Part shown: piece after piece, positions 37,648 through 46,590 of the stretch
Position numbering within the stretch: position 1 is the first letter of the stretch
How the letters are laid out: the number at the start of each line of letters is the position of its first letter
NCBI GenBank assembly: GCA_041690395.1
Contig: JAWLHJ010000007.1
Location: forward strand, 1-64,000
Length of the DNA stretch: 64,000 bases
Source: Longimicrobiales bacterium
Lineage (GTDB): Bacteria > Gemmatimonadota > Gemmatimonadetes > Longimicrobiales > Gaopeijiaceae
Direction: 5' to 3'
Notes under the pieces: generated by a model
Told to the model about the DNA's origin: nothing
Seen by the model: only the letters and a program-made list of their open reading frames with translations
Databases searched by the model: none
Position numbers and translations under genes: made by a program

Positions 37648-39576
37648 TCATCGACCCGCGGGAAGCGCGAGCGCCACGAGCTCGGCCGGCTCACCGTTTC
37701 CTCCGACGGACATGACCACGTACTGCCGTCCGCGGTGCATGTAGGTCATGGGAAGACCGACCTGAGGTGCGGGCAGGGCAATCTCGGCGACGACCTCGCC
37801 GGTGGCCTTGTCGTAGGCACGAAAGATGGGGTCGCCCGACGCGCCCTCACCCCCCATCAGCAAGGTGCGGGTCACGACGAGGCCTGCCCGGGACGTCTGG
37901 CCGGTCTGCGGGATGAGCGCCGGATCCAGGCCCAACTCCTCGGCCACGTGCGGCGGCGTTCTGCCGTTCGGCACCATCCAGGCATGCTCCCCCGAGGTCA
38001 GGTCGATGGCCGTGATCCGCCCCCACGGAGGCTCGACGATGGGGACGCCGGGGGCGAGTTGGGCACGGGCAGGGCCCGCGATGTAGTCCATGTCGGAGAG
38101 ATCGCCTCCGGGCACGAGGGCCAGCACCGAGGGCGACGTGTGGGACCCGACGTAGAGGAGCCCCGTTTCAGGGTCCAGCGCGCCCCCTTCCCAATTGGCA
38201 CCGCCCAGGGAGCCCGGCAGCGACAGGGTCCCTTTCGTGCCGTCGGGGGCGTCCGCAAGCGACGGCGGGGTGAAGATCGGTCCCATCCGGTAGGCTCGGG
38301 AGATCTCCAGGGCGCGCGCCCTGATCTCCGGCGTGAAGTCGATCAGGTCGTCTTCGGAGAAGCCCTGGCGCTCGAATGGTGCCGGCCGGGTGGGGAAGGG
38401 CTGGGTGGCGGCCGTCCATTCACCGGGGACATCGGTCTGGGGCACTGGACGCTCTTCGATGGGCCACACGGGCTCCCCCGTCAGGCGGTCGAAGACGTAG
38501 ACCCATCCCTGCTTCGTGAGCTGCGCGACGACCTTCCGCGGACGACCGTCGATGACGATGTCCGCGAGGATCGGTGCCGTCGGGTTGTCCCAGTCCCAGA
38601 TGTCGTGATGGATGAGCTGGAAGTGCCAGACCTTTTCTCCGGTCCGACTGTCCAGACACACGAGGCTGGTAGAGAAGAGGTTGTTTCCGGGCCGGTGGCC
38701 GCCGTAGTAGTCGCCCGTGGCGGCCTCGGTCGGGAGGTACAGGTAGCCGGTCTCCGGGTCCCAGGAGATCTGAGCCCACACCGCGGCGTTGCCCGTGTAG
38801 CGCCAGGCGTCGTCGAGCCACGTGTCGTGGCCTTCCTCCCCGGGGTCCGGGATCGTCTGGAAGGTCCAGAGCTCCACACCGGTCCGAACATCGAAGGCCC
38901 GGACGTCGCCCGGGGTGTTGACCCTCGAGGGCGGGCGCATGCCGACGTGGTGCGCGGAGCCCACCACGACGATGTCGCCGACCACGGCGGGAGGCGAGCT
39001 GGCCCCGATGGAGCCCACCAGATCGATTCCGTCCCGGGTGCGGTGCCCCCGGTGCAGGTCGATGACGCCCGCATCCCCGAACTCCGGCACCGGGAGCCCG
39101 GTCGAGGCGTCGAGCGCCACGAGCTGGTAGCCGGGCGTGATGGCCAGCACGCGGCCCCGACCGTCTTCGTCCGCCCAGTACGCCACGCCGCGCCCGGGGT
39201 TGGCCCGCGGCGCGAGGTCGAGCCGCTCGCCTTCTTCGATGCTCCAACTCCAGAGCGTCTCGCCGGTCCCCCCGTCGATGGCGACCACCGACCGATCGAT
39301 GCCGGCAGTGGCATACAGGACGCCCTTCACCATGAGCGGCGTCGTGGCGCTGCGGATGAGCGGGTTGCTGCCGTAGTCGCGCGCGCTCCAACGCCACGCG
39401 ACCTCGAGGTCGCGAACGTTGCTCCGGTCGATCTGGTCGAGCGGAGCGTATCGCGTGTGCCCGGGATCCCCACCATAGACCGGCCAGGCGCCGTCGGGGG
39501 CGCCTGACTGAGCGGTTGCGGATGCGGTGAAGAGCCAGAACGAGAGAGTCGCGACGAGCAGCGGCGGACGTGGCAT
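37648..39576 (-). CDS. PQQ-dependent dehydrogenase (quinoprotein glucose dehydrogenase family)
   Basis: Signal peptide; TRYAPLDQI, WHFQLIHHDIWDWD, GGANWEG, PMTY...GRQYV. Confidence 0.92.
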   Translation of the reverse strand: MPRPPLLVATLSFWLFTASATAQSGAPDGAWPVYGGDPGHTRYAPLDQIDRSNVRDLEVAWRWSARDYGSNPLIRSATTPLMVKGVLYATAGIDRSVVAIDGGTGETLWSWSIEEGERLDLAPRANPGRGVAYWADEDGRGRVLAITPGYQLVALDASTGLPVPEFGDAGVIDLHRGHRTRDGIDLVGSIGASSPPAVVGDIVVVGSAHHVGMRPPSRVNTPGDVRAFDVRTGVELWTFQTIPDPGEEGHDTWLDDAWRYTGNAAVWAQISWDPETGYLYLPTEAATGDYYGGHRPGNNLFSTSLVCLDSRTGEKVWHFQLIHHDIWDWDNPTAPILADIVIDGRPRKVVAQLTKQGWVYVFDRLTGEPVWPIEERPVPQTDVPGEWTAATQPFPTRPAPFERQGFSEDDLIDFTPEIRARALEISRAYRMGPIFTPPSLADAPDGTKGTLSLPGSLGGANWEGGALDPETGLLYVGSHTSPSVLALVPGGDLSDMDYIAGPARAQLAPGVPIVEPPWGRITAIDLTSGEHAWMVPNGRTPPHVAEELGLDPALIPQTGQTSRAGLVVTRTLLMGGEGASGDPIFRAYDKATGEVVAEIALPAPQVGLPMTYMHRGRQYVVMSVGGNGEPAELVALALPAGR

Positions 39577-39698
39577 CGGCCCTCGGTGTAGGTGTGCGGC
39601 TGGAATCCGGCTCGCAATATGGAGCGGGGGCCAGGAGGGCGCGACCATGTAGGATCCGGGGCTGGCACGCCGGCCTTAAGTCCCTCTGACTCTAGGAT

Positions 39699-39818
39699 TG
39701 CATGGATCTGTACAAGCGGCACGCGATTGCATAATTTAATGCACTTCAAGTTCTGGATCGGAGCCACCCATCGTGCATCTTTTCGTACACGGCGACGCGA
39801 CTTGCCCGAATCCATGCA
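39699..39818. promoter_or_regulatory. array of four TGCA-N8-TRCA-like palindromic sites upstream of satD
   Basis: Sites start at 39699, 39728, 39774 and 39803 (spacing 29/46/29). Confidence 0.7.
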
Positions 39819-39855
39819 ATACGGGCCCGTCCGGGCATCCCTTCGGCACCCCGCG

Positions 39856-40488
39856 ATGAGCTACTTTGCGATCATCGGGGACCTCGTCGGCTCGAGGCAG
39901 ATGAACGACCGCGCCGCGGTGCAGCTTCGCTTCCGCGAGGCGGTTGACGAAGCCAACGATGTGGCCCACGGACATCTCACCGTGCCTCTCAAGCTGACGG
40001 CGGGTGACGAAGTGCAGGGCATCACGGGCCGGCCGGAGACGCTCGTCGAGATCATGGTGCGCGTGTCCGACGCCCTCGCGCCAGCGAGCCTCGCCTGGGG
40101 TTGGGGATACGGCGAGCTCACCACGGACCTGGTGGACGACGTCTCGTTGCTGGACGGACCCTGTCTGCACCGAGCCCGTGACGCTGTGGAGGCGGCGAAG
40201 AAGGCCTCGAGCTGGCTCGAAATTTCGGGTTTCCCCGAGCCTTCCGCCCAGGTCCTGTCTGCGTTGATGAACCTCATCGGCTCCGTTCGCGCGGGCTGGA
40301 CGGAACGGCAAGCCGAGGTCGTACGGGCCTCCAGGGGGAGGCTGCAGGTGGAGGCGGCGGAGCTGCTGGGAGTCGGCCCATCGACCGTAAGCCGCGCACT
40401 GAGCTCCGCACATGCTTCCCGTGTGTTCGCTGGAGAAGAGGCAGCCAAGGCGCTCCTGGAGAGCCTGACCTGGAGCCGCACCCCGTGA
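39856..40488 (+). CDS. SatD-family protein (nucleotide-cyclase-like motifs + C-terminal HTH)
   Basis: IIGDLVGSR, TAGDEVQG, G.GE, DGP..HRAR; WTERQ...Q.EAAELLGVGPSTVSRAL helix-turn-helix. Confidence 0.85.
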   Translation: MSYFAIIGDLVGSRQMNDRAAVQLRFREAVDEANDVAHGHLTVPLKLTAGDEVQGITGRPETLVEIMVRVSDALAPASLAWGWGYGELTTDLVDDVSLLDGPCLHRARDAVEAAKKASSWLEISGFPEPSAQVLSALMNLIGSVRAGWTERQAEVVRASRGRLQVEAAELLGVGPSTVSRALSSAHASRVFAGEEAAKALLESLTWSRTP

Positions 40489-41309
40489 CGATCCTGGATA
40501 CACTCGAGCGCCTCGACCTCCTGGTGCCGCTCCTTACCGCGCACCTGTTGGCCGACTTCGTGTTCCAGACCGACCGGATGGCGGCGGGCAAGGACCGATG
40601 GGGTGCTCTGCTGGGCCACGTGACGGTCGTGGCGATCACGAGCTGGGCTCTGATCGGCCACGTGGGTGCCGTGCAGCTGATCGTCCTCGTTTCGCTGCTC
40701 CATCTCCTGATCGACATGGCGAAGACCACGGTGGAGCGACTGGCATTGACCGGCCGCGGGGATGACGCTTCGGAGCTGGCGTCGGGGTTCTGGCCTCGGA
40801 ACGGTCGTCCGACGCTGTTCCTGGGCGATCAGGCGCTCCACGTCGTGTCCCTGGTCGTCGCCGTGCAGGTGACGGCCGGGGTGCCGTTCCTCTCCGTTCC
40901 TCCTCCGGACGGGGGTATCTGGGCGGCCGCGCTCGGCCCCTCGTACCTCCGCTTCCTCGTGCTCGTGTCGGGCTGGGTCGTCGCCACCACGGGCGCCGGG
41001 TACTTCTTCGCCCAGTTCCTCGAACGCTTCGAGACCCAGCTGGAGCCTGATCAGCGTGGCGGGCTCTCGAAGGGCGGGTATTGGATCGGCGTGACCGAGC
41101 GGTCCCTCATCTACCTCTTCATCCTCGTCGGCGAGCCGACGGGCATCGGCTTCCTCGCCGCCGCCAAGTCCGTCTTCAGAATCGGGGAGCTGAGAGAGTC
41201 GAAGGACCGAAAGCTGGCCGAGTACATCCTGATCGGCACGTTGCTCAGCTTCGCCGCGGCGATGGTGGTCGGTCTCGCGACCCGGGCGGCGCTCGACGCG
41301 TTGCCGTAA
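40485..41309 (+). CDS. DUF3307-family membrane protein
   Basis: AHLLADFVFQ, H..ID, DQALH; G.WIG..ER, AAKSVFR, AEYILIGTLLSF; GTGA-coupled to satD. Confidence 0.85.
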   Translation: MTILDTLERLDLLVPLLTAHLLADFVFQTDRMAAGKDRWGALLGHVTVVAITSWALIGHVGAVQLIVLVSLLHLLIDMAKTTVERLALTGRGDDASELASGFWPRNGRPTLFLGDQALHVVSLVVAVQVTAGVPFLSVPPPDGGIWAAALGPSYLRFLVLVSGWVVATTGAGYFFAQFLERFETQLEPDQRGGLSKGGYWIGVTERSLIYLFILVGEPTGIGFLAAAKSVFRIGELRESKDRKLAEYILIGTLLSFAAAMVVGLATRAALDALP

Positions 41310-41324
41310 GGCGTCCGCCCGCCC

Positions 41325-42761
41325 TCAGCCGTCCCGCCGCCCCACCTGGCCCCCCACGCGGATCCAGCGCACCTCACCGGACTCATCGCGGATGAAGTCG
41401 CAGTTGATTCGGTCGCCACGGGTGTGGAACGCCACGTCCTCGCCGTAGAAGAGGACCGGTTCCGCCGGGTCTCCCACCAGCAGCCCACCGTCCGGAGCCG
41501 ACCGGACCTCGCGGGAGCGGCCGCGTCCGGTCCGGTAGCTGCCCACGTACTCGTCCGGTGATGGCTGACGGGCCAGGGGTGTGACGTGGTCGAGGGTCTC
41601 GGTGTGGCCCCGGTATCCGCAGATGGCCTGGTCGGAGGCCAGGGAGAGCCCTTCGTAGGCGCTCAGCGTGGCGCGTTCCACGACCTGGAGCAGCCGCCAG
41701 CCCTCGGTGTGGTTCGTGAGGATGGCGAACGCGAGGCGCCGCTCCGGGACGAGTTGGATGTGGCAGCGATGCCCCGCGCCCGCCGTCCCCCCGTGGGCTG
41801 CCGTGAGCACGCCGTCGAGGGTGCGCAGATGGAACCCCAGCCCCATCTGCTCGGTGGTGGGCTCCTTACGCAGTTGGGGACGGCGCATCGCTTCGCGACC
41901 CTGCCGGCCGAGGGCGCCGGGGCCCTCCCCGTCGTGCTCGCCCAGATGGAATGCCAGGTAGGTCATCAGGCTGTCGAGGCTCATGTTGACCCCGCCGGCG
42001 GGGATGCTGGAGCCCATGGAGTAGGGCCGCACGACCTGGGGCTCGCCTCCCGTCCCCGGGCGATGCCCCAGCGCCACCGGCCAGGTCACGATCTCCTCGA
42101 GCCGGGTGGACGCCCGCTCGAGTCCCACCGGCCCGAAGACCAGTGTATCCAGCGCATCGCGGAACTCCACGTCCGTGACCACTTCCACCAGACGCCCCGC
42201 CAGGCCGTACGCTGGGTTGTTGTAGCTCCACACCCGACCCGGAGGGGCGATCTGCTCGAGATCCCCCATGGTGGGGACCCACCGGGCGAGGGCGTCGGGC
42301 CCCTCGCCGACGTCGTAGCGCGCCTCCCAACCCGGTGAATGGGTGAGGAGGTGGCGCACCGTCACGTTCGAGCTGGTGATCGGGTCGCGGACGCCGAAGT
42401 CCGGCAGGTAGCGGCGGACGGGCGCGTCCAGATCCAGATGCCCCCGCTCGACGAGGGTCAGCACGGCCGTGGCGGTCACGGTCTTCGACAGGGACGCCAA
42501 CTCGAAGACCGTGTCCGTGGTCACCGGCCGCGGGTCCTCGACGCTCGTGACGCCGAAGCCCCGGGTGCGCAGGGTGCCGTCCTTGATCACCCCCAAGGCC
42601 GCCCCGGGAATCCGGTGCTCGGCCATCAGGCTCCGGACCCGGTTCGCCAGGTCGTCGAACGGTTCCGGCTGCGCGGGCCGCGGGCGCGCTGGAGCGTCCG
42701 CGACGCCCCGGAGCGCGGCCGGCAGCGCGAGGCCGGTGGCGAGGAAATGTCTTCGGTCCAA
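41325..42761 (-). CDS. Tat-exported serine hydrolase (beta-lactamase/AmpC-like)
   Basis: DRRHFL Tat motif; FELASLSK, LLTHSPG, YNN, HGG. Confidence 0.9.
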   Translation of the reverse strand: MDRRHFLATGLALPAALRGVADAPARPRPAQPEPFDDLANRVRSLMAEHRIPGAALGVIKDGTLRTRGFGVTSVEDPRPVTTDTVFELASLSKTVTATAVLTLVERGHLDLDAPVRRYLPDFGVRDPITSSNVTVRHLLTHSPGWEARYDVGEGPDALARWVPTMGDLEQIAPPGRVWSYNNPAYGLAGRLVEVVTDVEFRDALDTLVFGPVGLERASTRLEEIVTWPVALGHRPGTGGEPQVVRPYSMGSSIPAGGVNMSLDSLMTYLAFHLGEHDGEGPGALGRQGREAMRRPQLRKEPTTEQMGLGFHLRTLDGVLTAAHGGTAGAGHRCHIQLVPERRLAFAILTNHTEGWRLLQVVERATLSAYEGLSLASDQAICGYRGHTETLDHVTPLARQPSPDEYVGSYRTGRGRSREVRSAPDGGLLVGDPAEPVLFYGEDVAFHTRGDRINCDFIRDESGEVRWIRVGGQVGRRDG

Positions 42762-43050
42762 GGTGCCGCTCCGCGGTTCGGGTGAGGTGATGGGCGCGCC
42801 GGCCCGCCTGCACGGACCGATCTACGGGATCTCCGCCTCCTGCACCACCCTCGGGGAGGGGCGGGTGAGGATCCCCGGAGGCGGTGTCCGACCGGAGCGT
42901 CGCGTCCTGGCGGCGCCTGCCGCTGACCGGCGCCATCGGAATGGTCACCACATCAGTCTTTACGCCCTGTTGGCGAGGCTCGCTTCTTGCTTGTCGATTT
43001 CCTGGGAGGCGTGTCTGGCGCCTAAGATGCTTGAGGGCGAGGGGGCGGCC

Positions 43051-44880
43051 ATGAAGCGGGCGGCGTTCATCGGATTGGCGGGGTTTCTCGTGGGTGTGAG
43101 CGGGTGCGCACCGGATGCTCTTGCGCCCGAACTCATGGATGATCCCGGCACCCTCGCGGAGCTCGGTCACTCCGGCGCGCTGGAGGGAGCTGGGTTCATG
43201 CTGATCAGCGCGACCGGCGCCCCTTTCACGTGCGCTCTGAAGTCGCCCGGGGTGCCCTACTGCTGGGGCGTGGGCCGCGGCGCCGTCCCCACAGTCGTGA
43301 CCGGCGCGCCTGAGTTCATCCATCTCAGTGTCGGGCACGGTCATACCTGCGGAATCGACGCGGACGGCAACGCGTACTGTTGGGGGCAGAACGATTTCGG
43401 GGCGCTCGGGGACGGGGCCACGACGGTGCGCTCGCTGCCCGGGATGGTGACTGGTGGACACCGCTTCACGTCCATCAGTGCCGGATTCAGTCATACGTGC
43501 GGCCTCGAGGCCGATGGCGATGTGTACTGCTGGGGGAGCAACGCGACTGGCCAGCTCGGTGACGGTACGACCCTACATCGGCAAGAGCCTGTCGTCGTGA
43601 TGGGAGGGCAGCGCTTCGTTTCCATCGACGCCGGGTGGTTCCACACCTGCGGGCTCGAGGCCGACGGGTCCGCCTATTGTTGGGGTCTGGGTCGCGACGG
43701 GCGACTCGGCCACGGAGGAACGGACGACCGTTCCGTGCCCACTCGGGTGAGCGGCGGACTCATGTTCGCGTCGATCACCGCCGGAGGCTCACACACGTGC
43801 GGCACCGATACCGTAGGCGATGCCTACTGCTGGGGTAACAACTACTATGGAGCGCTGGGCGCATCAGGCGATCCCCACGCGCCGGCGCCAGTTATCGGGG
43901 CGTTCGCGTTCACCTCGATCAGCGCCGGAAGTTTTCACACATGTGCATTGGACCGGGAAGGACATGCCTACTGTTGGGGCGACGCCGAGTCCGGCAAGCT
44001 CGGTACGACGACCCATGCGCCCGGACCGAATCCCGTGGTGGGTGGCCTGGTCTTCGCGTCCATCAGTGCGGGAAGCGAGCACACGTGCGCCATCGACATG
44101 GAGGGAGACGCCTACTGTTGGGGCCAAAACGTGTGGGGGCAGATCGGCGATGGGACGACGGTGGACCGTGCGGTTCCCACAGCCGTCGTCGATCCGAGCG
44201 GTCACTCGGGCGCCGTGCCGACCGCCGCCGTCACCGATCTTTACCCCTGGGTCGTGACGGATACGCTGGTCCTCGTGCGCTGGACCGAGGTGGACGATGG
44301 GACCGGAGCTCCGGCGGACTACCGAGTGAAGTATTCGGAAGGGCAGCTGGCCGACTGGAAGACCGCCACCGTCGGTTGCGATCGCTGGGTCCGAGGTGAG
44401 GCGGTGGGCGCATTCATCCAGTGCGAGGTGGAAGGGTTGGAGCCGTCGACCGAGTATGAGTTCCAGCTCATGTCCTTCCGCATGGAGGATGGCCGCTGGG
44501 CCGGCGCGCGTTACTCCAATACGGCCAGGGCCACGACCCTCCAGCTGCGCACGGATCCGGTGACGGACCTGGCGGCTCGGGACGTGACGGAGGCCAGCAT
44601 GACCCTGGCCTGGACGCAGGTCGACGATGGCACCGGCGAGCCAGCCCGCTACCGGCTGAGATATGGTCCGGAGCCGATGATTCCTTGGCGAAGCGGTGCC
44701 ATCGGGTGTGACCTCGCGGGCGACGCCATCGGGGCGGAGATCGAATGCACCATCGATGGTCTCGAGCCCGGCGTCACCTACAGGGCCCTGCTCATGTCCT
44801 TCCGCCTGGAAGACGGAGTGTGGGTAGGAGCGCGCTATTCGAACTACGTCCTGATCACCACGGCGGAGAGCGGCGGCTGA
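43051..44880 (+). CDS. RCC1-repeat lipoprotein with two C-terminal FN3-like domains
   Basis: Lipobox VSGC; about 7 SAG..HTC.....G.AYCWG repeats; duplicated VTDL...WT.VDDGTG.PA.YR...GLEP...Y...LMSFR domain. Confidence 0.88.
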   Translation: MKRAAFIGLAGFLVGVSGCAPDALAPELMDDPGTLAELGHSGALEGAGFMLISATGAPFTCALKSPGVPYCWGVGRGAVPTVVTGAPEFIHLSVGHGHTCGIDADGNAYCWGQNDFGALGDGATTVRSLPGMVTGGHRFTSISAGFSHTCGLEADGDVYCWGSNATGQLGDGTTLHRQEPVVVMGGQRFVSIDAGWFHTCGLEADGSAYCWGLGRDGRLGHGGTDDRSVPTRVSGGLMFASITAGGSHTCGTDTVGDAYCWGNNYYGALGASGDPHAPAPVIGAFAFTSISAGSFHTCALDREGHAYCWGDAESGKLGTTTHAPGPNPVVGGLVFASISAGSEHTCAIDMEGDAYCWGQNVWGQIGDGTTVDRAVPTAVVDPSGHSGAVPTAAVTDLYPWVVTDTLVLVRWTEVDDGTGAPADYRVKYSEGQLADWKTATVGCDRWVRGEAVGAFIQCEVEGLEPSTEYEFQLMSFRMEDGRWAGARYSNTARATTLQLRTDPVTDLAARDVTEASMTLAWTQVDDGTGEPARYRLRYGPEPMIPWRSGAIGCDLAGDAIGAEIECTIDGLEPGVTYRALLMSFRLEDGVWVGARYSNYVLITTAESGG

Positions 44881-44942
44881 CCTGGCTGGTGGCTTTGGGG
44901 GCTGCGCATTCGCCGTAGGCTGGGCCGTGAGGTGGCCGCCCT

Positions 44943-46040
44943 CTAGGGCAGCGACACCTGCTGATCCTCCGGCATGTGGAATCCGGGCGTCGACACCGAG
45001 AGGGCCTTCTCCTCCTCCGTCATCCCTTCGGGGATGTCTTCGAAGAGCGGGGACGAGAGGTAGCGCTCTCCCGTGTCCGGGAGCATGCAGCAGATGACCG
45101 ACCCGGGCTCCGCGTCCTCGGCCACCTTCAGGGCGGCGCCGAAGGTCGCGCCTCCCGAGATGCCGGTGAAGATGCCCTCCGACCTCGCGAGCTTCCGTGA
45201 CCAGGCGATGGCGTCGGGTCCAGCGATGGGGACGACCCGGTCGACGTACCCCCCGTCCAGCGCTTCCTGCATGACGTGTGGGATGAAGTCGGGCGTCCAT
45301 CCCTGGATCGGGTGCGGCTCCCAGGACGGGTGGCTCTCCGCCGGCGCGTGCCCGGCGCCCCGCTTCTGGGGAATGCCGGAGCCGACGAGGGCGGCGTTGG
45401 TGGGCTCGCTCATGACGATCCGCGTCTCGGGACGTTCCCTACGGAGCACGCGTCCCACACCCGTCAACGTGCCGCCGGTGCCGTATCCGGTCACCCAATA
45501 GTCGAGGCGCTCCCCCTCGAAGTCGGCGAGCAGCTCCCGCGCCGTCGTATTCTCGTGGATCTTCGCGTTGGCGTCGGTCTCGAACTGCCGGGCGAGGAAC
45601 CAGCCGTTGGCCTCGGCCAGCTCCTTGGCCTTCATGTACATGCCGTACCCCTTCGCCGCCCGGGGCGTGAGCACGACCTTCGCGCCGAGGAAGCGCATCA
45701 GCCGCCTTCGCTCGATGGAGAAGCTGTCGGCCATCGTCACGACCAGCGGATAACCTTTCGCCGCGCACACCATGGCGAGGCCGATGCCGGTGTTGCCGCT
45801 CGTCGCTTCCACCACCGTCTGCCCGGGCTTCAGCGCCCCGCTGCGCTCGGCCTCCTCGATGATGCTGATCGCGAGGCGGTCCTTCACCGATCCGGCGGGG
45901 TTGAAGAGCTCCGCCTTCACGTACATCCGGACGTGATCCGGGGCGAGCCTGCGGACTCGCACGCACGGGGTGTCGCCGATCGTGTCGAGGATGCTGTCGT
46001 ACAACCGGCCGCGGCCGGACGTGGTCCTGGAGGAAGCCAT
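44943..46040 (-). CDS. cysK: cysteine synthase
   Basis: NPAGSVKDR, EATSGNTG, GTGGT, HPIQG, PDTGERYLS. Confidence 0.93.
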   Translation of the reverse strand: MASSRTTSGRGRLYDSILDTIGDTPCVRVRRLAPDHVRMYVKAELFNPAGSVKDRLAISIIEEAERSGALKPGQTVVEATSGNTGIGLAMVCAAKGYPLVVTMADSFSIERRRLMRFLGAKVVLTPRAAKGYGMYMKAKELAEANGWFLARQFETDANAKIHENTTARELLADFEGERLDYWVTGYGTGGTLTGVGRVLRRERPETRIVMSEPTNAALVGSGIPQKRGAGHAPAESHPSWEPHPIQGWTPDFIPHVMQEALDGGYVDRVVPIAGPDAIAWSRKLARSEGIFTGISGGATFGAALKVAEDAEPGSVICCMLPDTGERYLSSPLFEDIPEGMTEEEKALSVSTPGFHMPEDQQVSLP

Positions 46041-46148
46041 GGTGAGCCCTCGAATGGGTGTCTTGGATCGTACGGGCAACGGTAGTGTCCGCGCCGTGAG
46101 CCCCGGTCGCAAGGAGAGGCCTCGAGCGGTGGTCGTGTGCCCCTGTTC

Positions 46149-46184
46149 ATACATTGCAGCGTTATGTATACTAGATCTATGTAT
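46149..46184. promoter_or_regulatory. putative PadR operator
   Basis: atacat-N9-atgtat palindrome plus a second atgtat half-site, AT-rich, just upstream of padR. Confidence 0.6.
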
Positions 46185-46204
46185 CATGCCAGGCATCGCT
46201 CTCC

Positions 46205-46585
46205 ATGAGCATCAACAAGGATCTGGTCGCGGCGTCCTCGACGCCCATGGTCCTCGCCATCCTGGCCGAGGGCGACAGCTATGGCTACGCCATCCTGCAG
46301 CGGGTCCGTGAGCTCTCCGGCGGAGCACTGGAATGGACCGACGGGATGCTCTATCCGGTGCTCCATCGCCTGGAGAAGGCGGGCTTCGTTCAGTCCCGCT
46401 GGGAGAAGGCGGAGACGGGCAGGCGACGGAAGTACTATCGGGTGACCGAGGCAGGGCGGGAGCAACTGGCCGACGAGCGCCGCCAATGGCGGACCGTCGA
46501 CGACACGCTCCGTAAGGTCTGGTCCGCCCTGTCCGAGACCGCGCAGGGTGACGCGGGGCCCGTTCCCCTTCCTCGGTGGAGCTGA
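46205..46585 (+). CDS. PadR-family regulator
   Basis: SYGY.I, GMLYPVLHRLE, RRKYYRVTEAG. Confidence 0.93.
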   Translation: MSINKDLVAASSTPMVLAILAEGDSYGYAILQRVRELSGGALEWTDGMLYPVLHRLEKAGFVQSRWEKAETGRRRKYYRVTEAGREQLADERRQWRTVDDTLRKVWSALSETAQGDAGPVPLPRWS

Positions 46586-46590
46586 GTCCG

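Noticed and set aside
39697..39820. CRISPR array or MITE
   Set aside because: The repeats are short and degenerate with irregular spacing, there are no cas genes, and no target-site duplication is evident outside the 11-bp inverted repeat.
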